IMG/VR virus record: IMGVR_UViG_3300031951_000099
Direction: 5' to 3' (one strand)
From: an uncultured virus (IMG/VR IMGVR_UViG_3300031951_000099)
Lineage: Duplodnaviria > Heunggongvirae > Uroviricota > Caudoviricetes
DNA length: 64,000 nt
This document shows, one piece after another, positions 10,067-19,659 of this stretch. Position 1 is the stretch's first letter. Each line of letters starts with the position of its first letter. The translations under genes and the position numbers were made by a program. A model generated the notes under the pieces. That model ran no database searches. It was given only the letters and a program-made list of their open reading frames with translations, and had not been told where the DNA came from.

Positions 10067-13000
10067 ATGAATATTGAATCATTATTATACGAAGCGCTCC
10101 AACTCCCGTCAACTAACCGAGCCCATATTAATGCGCTGCGGTACATTTTACATAAAGAAGTTTCCGTTGATTTAAAGTTCTTAGCGGCACAGTCCCTAAC
10201 GGAAATTCATAATCAATATAATTGGTGGATAACAGAACGGGGGTTGGACGAATCGTGCATTGTGGGACCAAACGATAGTGCCGCAACCGTCCGTAAAAAA
10301 TGTAAAAAAGCGTTCAAACATGGGGAGAAGGTGTACCCCATGCACTGGATTTATGCTGTCTCTGGCTCCCCTATGGCGTCTGGATTGGGGGAAGAACACA
10401 ATCCCTACGATTCTCCAGACTATGCCTTAAACGGGTTCACGGGAACGTTTAAAAAGAAACAAGACCCAGAAGATAAAGAAACGTTAACTCGTCGATTTGC
10501 GGATTTAGACCCGATAGAAGAAGAAAAATCCAGTACGGAACGAGTTAGAAGATATTATAAAAGACATCCCGAAAAGGTCCGTAAATATTTGAAAGATACG
10601 GTCAAGGATCGTGTTGCTCGTAATCGGGACCGGGCAAAGGCTATCAAAAAACATGGTAAAGAAAAGATGAAGAACCATGACGTGCACCATCCGAACGGAC
10701 CACAAAACGGTGGGGCACGATTGGCTAAAAAAGATCATGGACGGGATAAGGTGAATGAAGAATACTCACCAGATGTCATTTCTAGTACGATTCAAGAGTT
10801 TGTGAATTTTGCCGTACAAAAACTTCAATTACAAACTCTTCCTACCGTTACTATTATCCCATCATCTGACCATATGACGAGTTTGGGATATTATGATCCC
10901 ATGACGAAGCAAATCAATGTAGTCGTAGAAGGAAGATTACTAGCAGATATTTTACGGACACTTGCCCACGAATTAGCACATAGAAAACAAGACGAATTGG
11001 GATTGATTACCAACCCAATGATTGATGGTGCAACGGGATCTCCCATAGAAAATAACGCAAACGCAATTGCAGGAATTCTACTCCGTCAATATGGTCAAAG
11101 TAATCCTCGTATATTCATGACCGAAGGATTGTTGATGGAAGGTGGTGCACATGGACATCTAGCACATCCATTTGAAGACACAGATTTATCGTTTGATGAC
11201 TTTGATGAAATGATTAGTCGGTCGTTAGTGGGTAATTTAGAAAAGGAAGGACCGGTCGTAGAAAAAATGGACGGTCAAAATATTGCGTTCACTGTTCGTG
11301 ATGGAAAGGTTGTATTTGCACGAAACAAAGGACATGTAAAAAATCGTGCAGAAAAAGCACTATCAGCAGAAGAATTAGCCAAAATGTTTGCAGGTCGTGG
11401 GGAAATCTCCGATGCATTTGCTAAAGCAGCAGAAGATATTGAAGTGGCAATGAGTAAACTGTCACCTGAAGAAATTGAACAAGTATTTGGAGACGGTAGA
11501 CGAGTGATGAGTACCGAAATTATTTACCCGGGCACTCGTAACGTAATTCCATATGACAAGACGGTGTTGGTATTTCATGGTACATTGGAACATGATGATG
11601 ATGGCGAAAAAGTCGGTGTTCAAAACACTGAAAATGGACAAATTATTGCTAATGCCGTAACTAAAGCAAACGCAGATAAACAACGTACGTTTGGTATTTC
11701 GGGTCCACGAACAGTTGCTATTTCGGATCAAGTCACTGAAGAAATGCAGCAAGTATACACTCGATTATCACAAAAATTAGAAGATCTTCGTGCGCAATAT
11801 AATTTAAAACCATCTGCTACGTTACACGATTATTTGGAAGAATGGTGGAACGAACAATTAACCGAAATAGAAAGTCAACAAGGATTTAAGTTCACCAATC
11901 AAGAACGTGCTGGACTTATTGCTCGTTGGATTGATAACGATAAAAAGTTTGGAGTAAAAAATCTATCCGATGAAAAGAAAGAATGGTTTAGAGAATTTGA
12001 AAAGAATGATCTAACACCAATGCTAAAACAATCCGTGAAACCTGTTGAGCAAGTATTTTTAACCGCAGGTGTATATGCATTAAAACGTGTTGTAGAGTTT
12101 CTATCGGCAAATAATCCTGCAATGGCAGAAGAATTGAAAAAACAATTTGTAGATAGTATACGTGGTATACAACAAGCGGGTGGTCCTGGAAAATTACAGA
12201 AATTAGAATATGAACTAGCTAGATTAAAAGAACTTGGTATTGATAACGTGGTACCAAGTGAAGGATTAATATTCACATATAATGGTAATCCGTATAAATT
12301 AACAGGTGCATTTGCTCCGGTAAATCAAATTATTGGAACAATGAAATATGACAGAGCTCCTGAAAAACCAGAGGCTTCATCAACAGAGCCGCAAAAGACC
12401 GAAGCACCGCCAGAAAAAGCACAAGACGAACCTGTACAGCCAGAAACTCCCGTACAACCACCTAAACCAATTGCCATCTATCCAGGACGTTTTCAGCCAT
12501 ATCATGCGGGACATCATGTGACGTATGAAGCATTGGTTGAAAAGTTTGGAAGGGAAAACGTGTATGTAGTGAGTTCAGACAAGCAAGATAGTATTACGTC
12601 ACCATTTGGGTTCAGTGACAAACAGGAAATCATGACAAGTATGTTTGATATTCCAGAAGATCGTATTATTCAAGTAAAAAATCCATACAATCCAATAGAA
12701 GTAACAAAAGGATTACCCGAAGGAACTCCTGTAATATTTGCAGTGGGTGAGAAAGATGCGCAACGATTGGGTGGTAAATACTTCCAAAAATATGATCCAA
12801 ATGAAAAAATGTTAGGGTACAAACAAGCAGGATATGTGTGGATTGGACCCCCACCAAATCTGGAAGTTAATGGAAAAGAAATTAGTGGTACACAACTTCG
12901 TGCAGTTATGGGTGATCCAGCTATTACGGATAGAGCAAAACAAGAAATTTTTATTAAAATATATGGTAAGTTTGACAAGAACATTTTTGATAAAGTAGTC

Positions 13001-14002
13001 AAAAAAACGTCGGATGCAGAAGAGGCACGTAAATTAACGGATATGCACGGTAAACCAGAGAAACCTACCACAGAACCAGAAACTACGCCAAAAAAAGGAC
13101 GTGGAAAAAAACCTGACGAAAAAGCACTTGGTCGTGCTAAATCTGTACTAGGGCAAAAAGTTCGTAATCCAAAAACGGGTCGGGATATCTTGGTGGCAAC
13201 TGCATTAAAGTACCCAGAAGATGAACCTGTACGAAAGGCGGCTGAACGTATGGTACAACAAGCAATGGCGGAAAAAAATGAAATATTATCCGAAGGAAAA
13301 GCACCAAAAAAACTTAAGGTATATACACACATCCGTGAATATACCGATGAAGATTTGGAATATGAAAAAGACGAATATTTTAATAATGAACGAACATTTG
13401 AAGCATTTCCAGATTTAGCAGATTCAGCAGATGAATTAAAAAAATTAATTTCTAATGCGGCAAGTGAAGTACTAGAAGTGGAAGAACTACAAGCATTAGA
13501 AAATAGTGATGTTGGGGAGGTCTTACGTGGTGAAAATAAGATGAAAGTATTAAAAAATCTTATTAGTAAAGAAAAAGACGTAAAAGGATTACTTAGTGAT
13601 ATTAAAAATAAGAAGCCGATTGCCATGCCAATTATTATTAAGCACACCAACGGATACTACTTATTGGGGGGAAACACTCGGTTGTCAGTCCTTGCGGCAA
13701 TTGGACATACAATGCCTGTGAAAGTTTTGGGTCAAGCAAGTCCATATCCATCCCCGTATGTAGTTGGAAAGTCGGGAGACGTAAAAAAGACGGGTAAGAA
13801 AAAGACAGGAAACAAAGATTTATTTAAAAAGTTAATGCAGATGCGTATCACTAATCCTGAGACGGGTAATCAAGTCAAAGTGGATACGGCAATGGATTAT
13901 GATAGATTACATCCTGCTCATAAAGCAGCAATGGCGTTTATTCGTCAACACATGAAAGGAATTTCCAACCGAGCAGGTATACCAAAAAACAGAAATGACT
14001 AA
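10067..14002 (+). CDS. Multi-domain protein: HNH-like segment, HExxH domain, KxDG ligase-like nucleotidyltransferase, HxGH cytidylyltransferase-like domain, ParB/Srx-like domain
   Basis: Motifs in order: DVHHPNG; TLAHELAH (10967-10981); VEKMDGQNIAF (11261); IAIYPGRFQPYHAGH plus ISGTQLR (12482 on); MPIII..GYYLLGGNTRL (13667). Confidence 0.75.
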   Translation: MNIESLLYEALQLPSTNRAHINALRYILHKEVSVDLKFLAAQSLTEIHNQYNWWITERGLDESCIVGPNDSAATVRKKCKKAFKHGEKVYPMHWIYAVSGSPMASGLGEEHNPYDSPDYALNGFTGTFKKKQDPEDKETLTRRFADLDPIEEEKSSTERVRRYYKRHPEKVRKYLKDTVKDRVARNRDRAKAIKKHGKEKMKNHDVHHPNGPQNGGARLAKKDHGRDKVNEEYSPDVISSTIQEFVNFAVQKLQLQTLPTVTIIPSSDHMTSLGYYDPMTKQINVVVEGRLLADILRTLAHELAHRKQDELGLITNPMIDGATGSPIENNANAIAGILLRQYGQSNPRIFMTEGLLMEGGAHGHLAHPFEDTDLSFDDFDEMISRSLVGNLEKEGPVVEKMDGQNIAFTVRDGKVVFARNKGHVKNRAEKALSAEELAKMFAGRGEISDAFAKAAEDIEVAMSKLSPEEIEQVFGDGRRVMSTEIIYPGTRNVIPYDKTVLVFHGTLEHDDDGEKVGVQNTENGQIIANAVTKANADKQRTFGISGPRTVAISDQVTEEMQQVYTRLSQKLEDLRAQYNLKPSATLHDYLEEWWNEQLTEIESQQGFKFTNQERAGLIARWIDNDKKFGVKNLSDEKKEWFREFEKNDLTPMLKQSVKPVEQVFLTAGVYALKRVVEFLSANNPAMAEELKKQFVDSIRGIQQAGGPGKLQKLEYELARLKELGIDNVVPSEGLIFTYNGNPYKLTGAFAPVNQIIGTMKYDRAPEKPEASSTEPQKTEAPPEKAQDEPVQPETPVQPPKPIAIYPGRFQPYHAGHHVTYEALVEKFGRENVYVVSSDKQDSITSPFGFSDKQEIMTSMFDIPEDRIIQVKNPYNPIEVTKGLPEGTPVIFAVGEKDAQRLGGKYFQKYDPNEKMLGYKQAGYVWIGPPPNLEVNGKEISGTQLRAVMGDPAITDRAKQEIFIKIYGKFDKNIFDKVVKKTSDAEEARKLTDMHGKPEKPTTEPETTPKKGRGKKPDEKALGRAKSVLGQKVRNPKTGRDILVATALKYPEDEPVRKAAERMVQQAMAEKNEILSEGKAPKKLKVYTHIREYTDEDLEYEKDEYFNNERTFEAFPDLADSADELKKLISNAASEVLEVEELQALENSDVGEVLRGENKMKVLKNLISKEKDVKGLLSDIKNKKPIAMPIIIKHTNGYYLLGGNTRLSVLAAIGHTMPVKVLGQASPYPSPYVVGKSGDVKKTGKKKTGNKDLFKKLMQMRITNPETGNQVKVDTAMDYDRLHPAHKAAMAFIRQHMKGISNRAGIPKNRND

Positions 14003-14011
14003 GGGGTTATT

Positions 14012-14602
14012 ATGGCAGATCATGAAGCAATTAATAATGTACGACGAAAAATTAATGAAGTAATGAAAAAAACCGACGAACGTATCGTCGTCGGGTGGCG
14101 CCCAGAATTGGCAGAAAAACGAAACGAAGGTGATGTGTGGGAAGATTTGGATGGAAAGAAATGGACGATTAAAAATGGTATTAAGCAAAACGTTACGAAA
14201 CTAGACGGAGCAAAAACGCCATGGTTCTGTCCTATGTGTAGTAAAGCAATGAGTCACCGATTTGATACAAAATTTTGGATGTTACAGGGCAAATGCATGG
14301 ACTGCGTTATTAAGGAAGAAACAGAAATCCGTCGCCAGGGAAAATGGAAAGAATACGAACGAAAAAAACTTCAACAAAATTATGTTGCTTCACTAAAAGA
14401 TCATATCAATGAATTACAAGATTATCATGATACGGTAACTGCTCCATCTTTTGTCCACGCGGATGAAGAAAAAATACTCATGATAGAAAAATGGGATGTT
14501 GATATAAACAAAATAAAAACGGATCTTCAAAAAGATATTGAAGAGTTAACAAAACACCTCGCAGAGTGTGAAGCGGAGATGATGTATGGACAAAGTGATT
14601 GA
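14012..14602 (+). CDS. Hypothetical protein with a CxxC...CxxC putative zinc site
   Basis: AGGGG SD; WFCPMC and KCMDC; helical C-terminus. Confidence 0.7.
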   Translation: MADHEAINNVRRKINEVMKKTDERIVVGWRPELAEKRNEGDVWEDLDGKKWTIKNGIKQNVTKLDGAKTPWFCPMCSKAMSHRFDTKFWMLQGKCMDCVIKEETEIRRQGKWKEYERKKLQQNYVASLKDHINELQDYHDTVTAPSFVHADEEKILMIEKWDVDINKIKTDLQKDIEELTKHLAECEAEMMYGQSD

Positions 14603-15245
14603 TGCATTTAGAAAATTGATAAAAGATTTTGCCAAGATGCCACAACCAACACAACTAATAGTGGCGTGCGTGTTGGTTGTTGCTGCATTTAGTACTGGTC
14701 AATGTAACAGTGATTCCAAACTTAATCAATTTAGACAAGAATTTGCAAAACTACAAAAAGAAGCAAACACGGCAAAACAATTTGCGGATAGCACCAATAA
14801 TATAGTCATTCGCTTAACAACAGAATCACAGCAAAAAGATAAACAAATTGCATCATTGACGGTCACTATAGATGTTACAAATAAGCAACGATCTATTCTC
14901 AAGGGAAGCCTTTCCAGATTAGAGGATAGTTTAGAGGTAACCAAAGACACAGCACAAATGGTAGCAATACAAGAAGGAATTATTTATAACTTAAAAGAAC
15001 AAGTGTCCAACGCAGAATCGGTTATCGGACAACAAAAAGAAGTTATAACGGCACAACAATTTAAAATCACCAAGTTAGACAGTGCCGTAGCAATTGCAAC
15101 ACAGCGTGGCGATAGTTTACAAACAGTTGTTACTAAATTGATTACTATGCCAAAACCACCACGTCAATGGATTAGTAAGAAGACCGCTGGTATGATTTCA
15201 TTTGCAGCAGGTGTCATTATTGGAGATCGGTTGGCAGGGAGATGA
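14586..15245 (+). CDS. Membrane-anchored coiled-coil protein, possibly spanin-like
   Basis: Hydrophobic LIVACVLVVAAF, a long heptad-rich region, a PKPP linker and a hydrophobic C-terminus AGMISFAAGVIIG. Confidence 0.45.
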   Translation: MDKVIDAFRKLIKDFAKMPQPTQLIVACVLVVAAFSTGQCNSDSKLNQFRQEFAKLQKEANTAKQFADSTNNIVIRLTTESQQKDKQIASLTVTIDVTNKQRSILKGSLSRLEDSLEVTKDTAQMVAIQEGIIYNLKEQVSNAESVIGQQKEVITAQQFKITKLDSAVAIATQRGDSLQTVVTKLITMPKPPRQWISKKTAGMISFAAGVIIGDRLAGR

Positions 15246-15246
15246 G

Positions 15247-16824
15247 ATGTCGCAAGATTTAAAAGAAATTATTAAACAAGAATACAAAAAATGTGCAACC
15301 AATCCTGCATATTTTTTGTCTAAGTATTCTTACATTCAACATCCAACCCGTGGTCGGATGTTGTTTGATTTGTACCATTACCAAAAAGATGCACTGAAAG
15401 ATTTTGACAATCATGATTATAATATTGTACTCAAGGGTCGGCAGATTGGTATTTCTACATTGGTTGCTGGATACTCACTGTGGCTCTTGTTATTTCACCG
15501 AGACAAAAATATTCTCGTTATTGCCACCAAACAAGAAACTGCAAAGAACTTGGTAACGAAAGTACGATTCATGCATCAAAATCTTCCTGTGTGGCTACGG
15601 GGAAGTGTAACTACTGATAATAAACTCTCCTTACAGTTCGCAAACGGATCACAAATTAAAGCAGTGGCAAGTAGTAAAGATGCGGGTCGTTCTGAGGCAC
15701 TGTCTCTCCTTATTCTTGACGAGGCCGCATTCATTGACGATGCAGAAATTATTTGGACAGCTGCATCCAGTACGTTATCTACGGGTGGTAAAGCCATTCT
15801 TTTATCCACCCCAAATGGCATTGGTAATTTTTTTCATAAGATGTGGCAACAAGCAGAAAATAAATCAAATGGATTTAATCCCATTCTCCTAGATTGGCGG
15901 GTCCATCCAGAACGTGATCAAGCATGGCGTGATCGTCAAACAGAATTAATGGGTGAAATGGAAGCATCTCAAGAACACGATGCATCCTTTATTTTCTCGG
16001 GTAACACAGTTATACCGCCGGATATTATTGAGTTTTATAAAAAGACTTATGTGCAAGAACCCATCTCCAAACAAGGATTTGATGGGAACTTATGGATCTG
16101 GGAATATCCGTTGGCTGGAAAATCGTATGTAGTATGTGCTGACGTTGCACGAGGTGACGGCGAAGATTATTCTACTTTCCATGTTATTGACGTTGAAAAA
16201 TCTGTACAAGTTGCCGAATACAAAGGAAAGGTGGAAACAAAACAATTCGGTAATATGTTGGTATCTATCGCCACAGAATACAATGATGCACTATTAATAC
16301 CTGATAATAGTTCTATTGGATGGAACTGTATTCAACAAATTATTGATCGGGGATACAGAAATCTTTTTTACATGTCACGAGATTTACAATATGTAGACGT
16401 AGAACATCAGGTAACGGGTAGATATGCTCGTGATGAACGAAACATGGTACCAGGCTTCATGATTTCCCAACGCACTCGTCCATTAATCATCGCTCGACTA
16501 AAAGAATATATGTTGGATAACTCGTTTACAATTCGGTCTGGACGGATGATTGCTGAACTAGAAACATTTATTTGGAAAAACGGTCGTCCAGAAGCATTGC
16601 AGGGATATAATGACGATTTAGTGTTGGCGTTGTGTATTGGACTATGGGTTCGTGATACAGCCTTACGATTACGAATGGAAGGAATAGAATTGACAAAAAT
16701 GGCGTTGGATAAAACATCGTATAACACTGTTCCCTTCGTACAACGTGGTGGATTACAAGAAAATCCCTATGAAATGCCCATCGGTGACGACCGGACAGAA
16801 AATATCAGTTGGTTGATTGGATAA
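15247..16824 (+). CDS. terL: Terminase large subunit (T4 gp17-like)
   Basis: Walker A LKGRQIGIST, Walker B LLILDEAAF, coupling motif LSTPNG, nuclease motifs CADVARGDGEDYS and YNDDLV. Start reassigned to ATG 15247. No intein-sized insertion. Confidence 0.95.
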   Translation: MSQDLKEIIKQEYKKCATNPAYFLSKYSYIQHPTRGRMLFDLYHYQKDALKDFDNHDYNIVLKGRQIGISTLVAGYSLWLLLFHRDKNILVIATKQETAKNLVTKVRFMHQNLPVWLRGSVTTDNKLSLQFANGSQIKAVASSKDAGRSEALSLLILDEAAFIDDAEIIWTAASSTLSTGGKAILLSTPNGIGNFFHKMWQQAENKSNGFNPILLDWRVHPERDQAWRDRQTELMGEMEASQEHDASFIFSGNTVIPPDIIEFYKKTYVQEPISKQGFDGNLWIWEYPLAGKSYVVCADVARGDGEDYSTFHVIDVEKSVQVAEYKGKVETKQFGNMLVSIATEYNDALLIPDNSSIGWNCIQQIIDRGYRNLFYMSRDLQYVDVEHQVTGRYARDERNMVPGFMISQRTRPLIIARLKEYMLDNSFTIRSGRMIAELETFIWKNGRPEALQGYNDDLVLALCIGLWVRDTALRLRMEGIELTKMALDKTSYNTVPFVQRGGLQENPYEMPIGDDRTENISWLIG

Positions 16825-16850
16825 TTTTGTAGTATTAGGAAACAGAGTTA

Positions 16851-16858
16851 TATTTATA
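16851..16858 (+). promoter_or_regulatory. Putative late promoter TATTTATA
   Basis: Intergenic, 35 nt before ATG 16894. Confidence 0.6.
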
Positions 16859-16893
16859 TATTGATATACTTTATCTACTCTACGGAGATTTGT

Positions 16894-17184
16894 ATGAAAC
16901 GTAGTGAATTAGAAGAAATTATTATGGAAGAAATTTATAAGACACTGCACGAAGAACGTCTTATGAACGAACATGTACTTGACGAAAAATCCGTTCCAGA
17001 ACCATATGATAGAAAAAATCGTCGTAGAATGAATAGATCACAAATTCTTCGTAGAGACAAGATAGGAAAAGCTATGAAGAAAAATAAAAAAATTGTTGCA
17101 AAATTTAAAAAGCAATATGGTAGTGAATGGATAGATTATTTATGGGCAACCGCAACGCATAACGCCATTAAGGGCGGAGAATAA
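16894..17184 (+). CDS. Small basic protein, putative internal head protein
   Basis: GGAG SD; Glu-rich leader MKRSELEEIIMEE followed by a basic domain ending YLWATAT. Confidence 0.65.
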   Translation: MKRSELEEIIMEEIYKTLHEERLMNEHVLDEKSVPEPYDRKNRRRMNRSQILRRDKIGKAMKKNKKIVAKFKKQYGSEWIDYLWATATHNAIKGGE

Positions 17185-17186
17185 AT

Positions 17187-18056
17187 ATGATTAGAATGAT
17201 GGGATTAGTGGACTTACGTCCTATAAAAACATTACGAAGTACCGTAGATATTGAAGAAGCGTTGGATCCGGTTGGAAAAGAAGATAGTGATGTTGATAAT
17301 GATGGAGATACGGATAAGTCAGACGAATATTTAAAGAATCGTCGTGATGCAATTTCCAAGAACGTTGACGAAGATTCTGCCCGTAACCAACTAATGGCAA
17401 CGATAGTGAAGTGGAAGGGCGAAGATGGAAAAGATCATGAAGCAACATTAAAATCCATCTACGGTAGCCCACAAACGTATCCAAAGGGATCTCCAGCTCG
17501 TCGTGCAGCAGACCAAATTTACGCACGTGCCAAGAATCCACAACAAGCACGTCCAGCACGAACATTTGCACCACCAAGAAAGTCCAGTAAATATAATTTT
17601 AGACCTGGTACAGATGACGAGTTTGAATATGAAAGAGACAAACGTGGTTTGTGGGGTGCTGATCTTGACGAAACGATTACTGAAGACGATAATCCACAGC
17701 CATCTAATGACCATGAAGTGTCGATGGCAAACAATTCATTAGATATTATTATTCAAAGTGCTAATGAATTAAAAACTAAATTAGGACAAGAAGAAAAAGA
17801 TATTCCTGCGTGGATTCAAGATCATATCACAAATGCCGCTAATTTCATTCAACAAGCAGCAAATAATTATCACGAGTACAATACGCCTGACCAACCACAA
17901 CCTGATCAACTGGAACAAGAACCAATGAACGAAAAGGCTCCAGAAGGTTGGGAAGGTACTGTCAAGGCAATGAAAAAACATAAAGAAATTGACAACCCTT
18001 GGGCACTTGCATATTACATGAAGTCCAAGGGATATAAATCCCACAAGAGCGAATAA
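17187..18056 (+). CDS. Modular putative internal head protein
   Basis: Modules LDPVGKEDSDVDNDGDTDKSDEYL (EF-hand-like), DHEVSMA...AWIQDHIT and EKAPEGWEGTVKAMKKH...NPWALA, each preceded by a hydrophobic-X-E site. Confidence 0.7.
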   Translation: MIRMMGLVDLRPIKTLRSTVDIEEALDPVGKEDSDVDNDGDTDKSDEYLKNRRDAISKNVDEDSARNQLMATIVKWKGEDGKDHEATLKSIYGSPQTYPKGSPARRAADQIYARAKNPQQARPARTFAPPRKSSKYNFRPGTDDEFEYERDKRGLWGADLDETITEDDNPQPSNDHEVSMANNSLDIIIQSANELKTKLGQEEKDIPAWIQDHITNAANFIQQAANNYHEYNTPDQPQPDQLEQEPMNEKAPEGWEGTVKAMKKHKEIDNPWALAYYMKSKGYKSHKSE

Positions 18057-18057
18057 T

Positions 18058-18420
18058 ATGGAACAGATTGCAAAGTTTCTTGGCACTTTGATGTCAAGTC
18101 GGACTCAGGCACACATCTTTCATCTTCAAACTCCATCATTTGCTGCACATAAAGCGTTAGATGATTATTATAGTCAAATTACTGACTTGATTGATTCGTA
18201 TGCAGAAATGGCACAAGGTCGGTACGGGATTATTCGTGGATACGTCATGCAAGGTCAAATTTTTGAAGACGACACGGCAATTAAATATTTTGGCGGTTTG
18301 CAGAAGTTTGTGGACGGTATTCGCGGTTCTCTTCCACAAGACGGTGAATTGAATAATACCGTAGATGAAATTTCAGGATTGATATCCAGTACATTATATA
18401 AACTTAAATTCCTCAAGTAA
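18058..18420 (+). CDS. Ferritin/Dps-like four-helix protein (DUF5856-like)
   Basis: QAHIFHLQT.SFAAHKALDDYY...IDSYAE..QGRYG...LYKLKFL pattern. Confidence 0.7.
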   Translation: MEQIAKFLGTLMSSRTQAHIFHLQTPSFAAHKALDDYYSQITDLIDSYAEMAQGRYGIIRGYVMQGQIFEDDTAIKYFGGLQKFVDGIRGSLPQDGELNNTVDEISGLISSTLYKLKFLK

Positions 18421-18421
18421 A

Positions 18422-18754
18422 ATGAAATACAAAGAATTTTACGAAGATATCTGTCGGTGTGATGAAGGATGTGGATGCGAAGAAACTACCAATGAATACA
18501 CGGGTGATACGTTTAGTGCCCCCCAACCAGATTTTGATACGTATTCAACACACAATCCCGACCCACATAAAAAGAAAATTGAAGAGTTGGTAGCATTATT
18601 AGAAAAGAATGTTCCAACAAGTCCTGATAAATGGGCAAAAGCAAAAGCCGCAGCTCGTGCTAAATTCAAAGTGTACCCTTCCGCTTACGCCAATCTCTGG
18701 GCAGCTAAGAAATATAAAAGTATGGGTGGTGGATGGAAGAAAGGAAAGAAGTGA
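18422..18754 (+). CDS. Small putative internal head protein
   Basis: MKYKEFYE leader; basic C-terminal module AKFKVYPSAYANLWAAKKYKSMGGGWK. Confidence 0.7.
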   Translation: MKYKEFYEDICRCDEGCGCEETTNEYTGDTFSAPQPDFDTYSTHNPDPHKKKIEELVALLEKNVPTSPDKWAKAKAAARAKFKVYPSAYANLWAAKKYKSMGGGWKKGKK

Positions 18755-18906
18755 TTAAATTAGTTGATATTATTTTGGAAAAGTGGACAAAGAAATATAA
18801 AAAGTCCATTAATTGCAGCAGTCCCAAAGGGTTTTCCCAACGAGCTCATTGCGCTGGTCGTAAAAAACGGAAGCGTGGGGGCACAACAAAATCCAAATCT
18901 GTATGA
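18751..18906 (+). CDS. 51-aa basic Cys-pair protein (not in ORF track)
   Basis: GTG start overlapping the previous stop; MIKLVDIILEKWTKKYKKSINCSSPKGFSQRAHCAGRKKRKRGGTTKSKSV. It fills the gap exactly and has the shared leader. Confidence 0.8.
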   Translation: MIKLVDIILEKWTKKYKKSINCSSPKGFSQRAHCAGRKKRKRGGTTKSKSV

Positions 18907-19226
18907 TTAGTCTCACTGAATTGTTGGAAGACGTAGTAGAAGAACTTGACGAAAAATATAAAACCAAGGGTAACTTGGGCAAATGGCTTCGTCAAAAATG
19001 GGTGGATATTTCTCGTAAAGATAAAAGTGGGAAGCATCCACCGTGTGGCGCATCTGCGGGTAAAAAGGAACGGAAGGGTGGTTCTGCGAAATATCCGAAA
19101 TGTCGTCCAGCTCGTTCAGCGGCAGCAATGAGCAAGGGTGAAAAACGATCAGCAGTTGTTCGTAAACGTAAAGCGGGAAATCCTGGCGGGAAACCTACGA
19201 TGGTCGCAACATATAAAAAGAGTTAA
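18903..19226 (+). CDS. Small basic Cys-pair protein, putative internal head protein
   Basis: MISLTELLE leader; GNLGKWLRQKWVDI...PPCG...YPKCRP. Confidence 0.75.
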   Translation: MISLTELLEDVVEELDEKYKTKGNLGKWLRQKWVDISRKDKSGKHPPCGASAGKKERKGGSAKYPKCRPARSAAAMSKGEKRSAVVRKRKAGNPGGKPTMVATYKKS

Positions 19227-19230
19227 TACT

Positions 19231-19653
19231 ATGGATAATATTAATGAAGCTTGTTGGGAAGGATATAAGCAGGTGGGAATGAAAGAAAAGGGTGGTAAGA
19301 TGGTTCCCAATTGTGTCCCCTTAGACGAAAGTTGTATATATGACGGTGAATTTTGTCCTGCATGTCTTGCCAAGTATATCTTAGAAAACAAAAAAGCAGG
19401 ATACTTAGAAGAAGCCGAATACCAAGGACGCAAGGTTCCTTTAGGTAAACCAATGCGCGGCGATGTAAAAAAATTCAAAGTATTTGTCAAAGACCCCTCG
19501 ACAGGCAATGTCAAAAAGGTTAATTTTGGCGATAAGACTATGAGAATTAAAAAGTCTAATCCTGCTCGTCGCAAGTCATTCAGAGCACGTCACAATTGTT
19601 CTAATCCTGGTCCACGAACAAAAGCAAGATTTTGGTCGTGCAAAAAATGGTAA
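19231..19653 (+). CDS. Modular basic Cys-containing protein
   Basis: Start reassigned to ATG 19231. Modules CWEGYKQVGMKEKGGKMVPNCVP and AEYQGRKV...KKVNFGD...SFRARHNC...FWSCKKW. Confidence 0.75.
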   Translation: MDNINEACWEGYKQVGMKEKGGKMVPNCVPLDESCIYDGEFCPACLAKYILENKKAGYLEEAEYQGRKVPLGKPMRGDVKKFKVFVKDPSTGNVKKVNFGDKTMRIKKSNPARRKSFRARHNCSNPGPRTKARFWSCKKW

Positions 19654-19659
19654 ACTACT

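Noticed and set aside
10529..10760. Free-standing HNH homing endonuclease
   Set aside because: Only a short DVHH-containing segment inside a larger ORF. The downstream Asn/His pattern is unclear, so nuclease activity and mobility are unsupported.
12670..13650. 326-aa minus-strand ORF and the many other antisense or alternate-frame ORFs in the track
   Set aside because: They shadow well-supported + strand genes, have no recognisable motifs, and reflect codon bias on the coding strand.
14012..14602. Terminase small subunit, by position
   Set aside because: No recognisable gp16-like motifs; position alone is insufficient.
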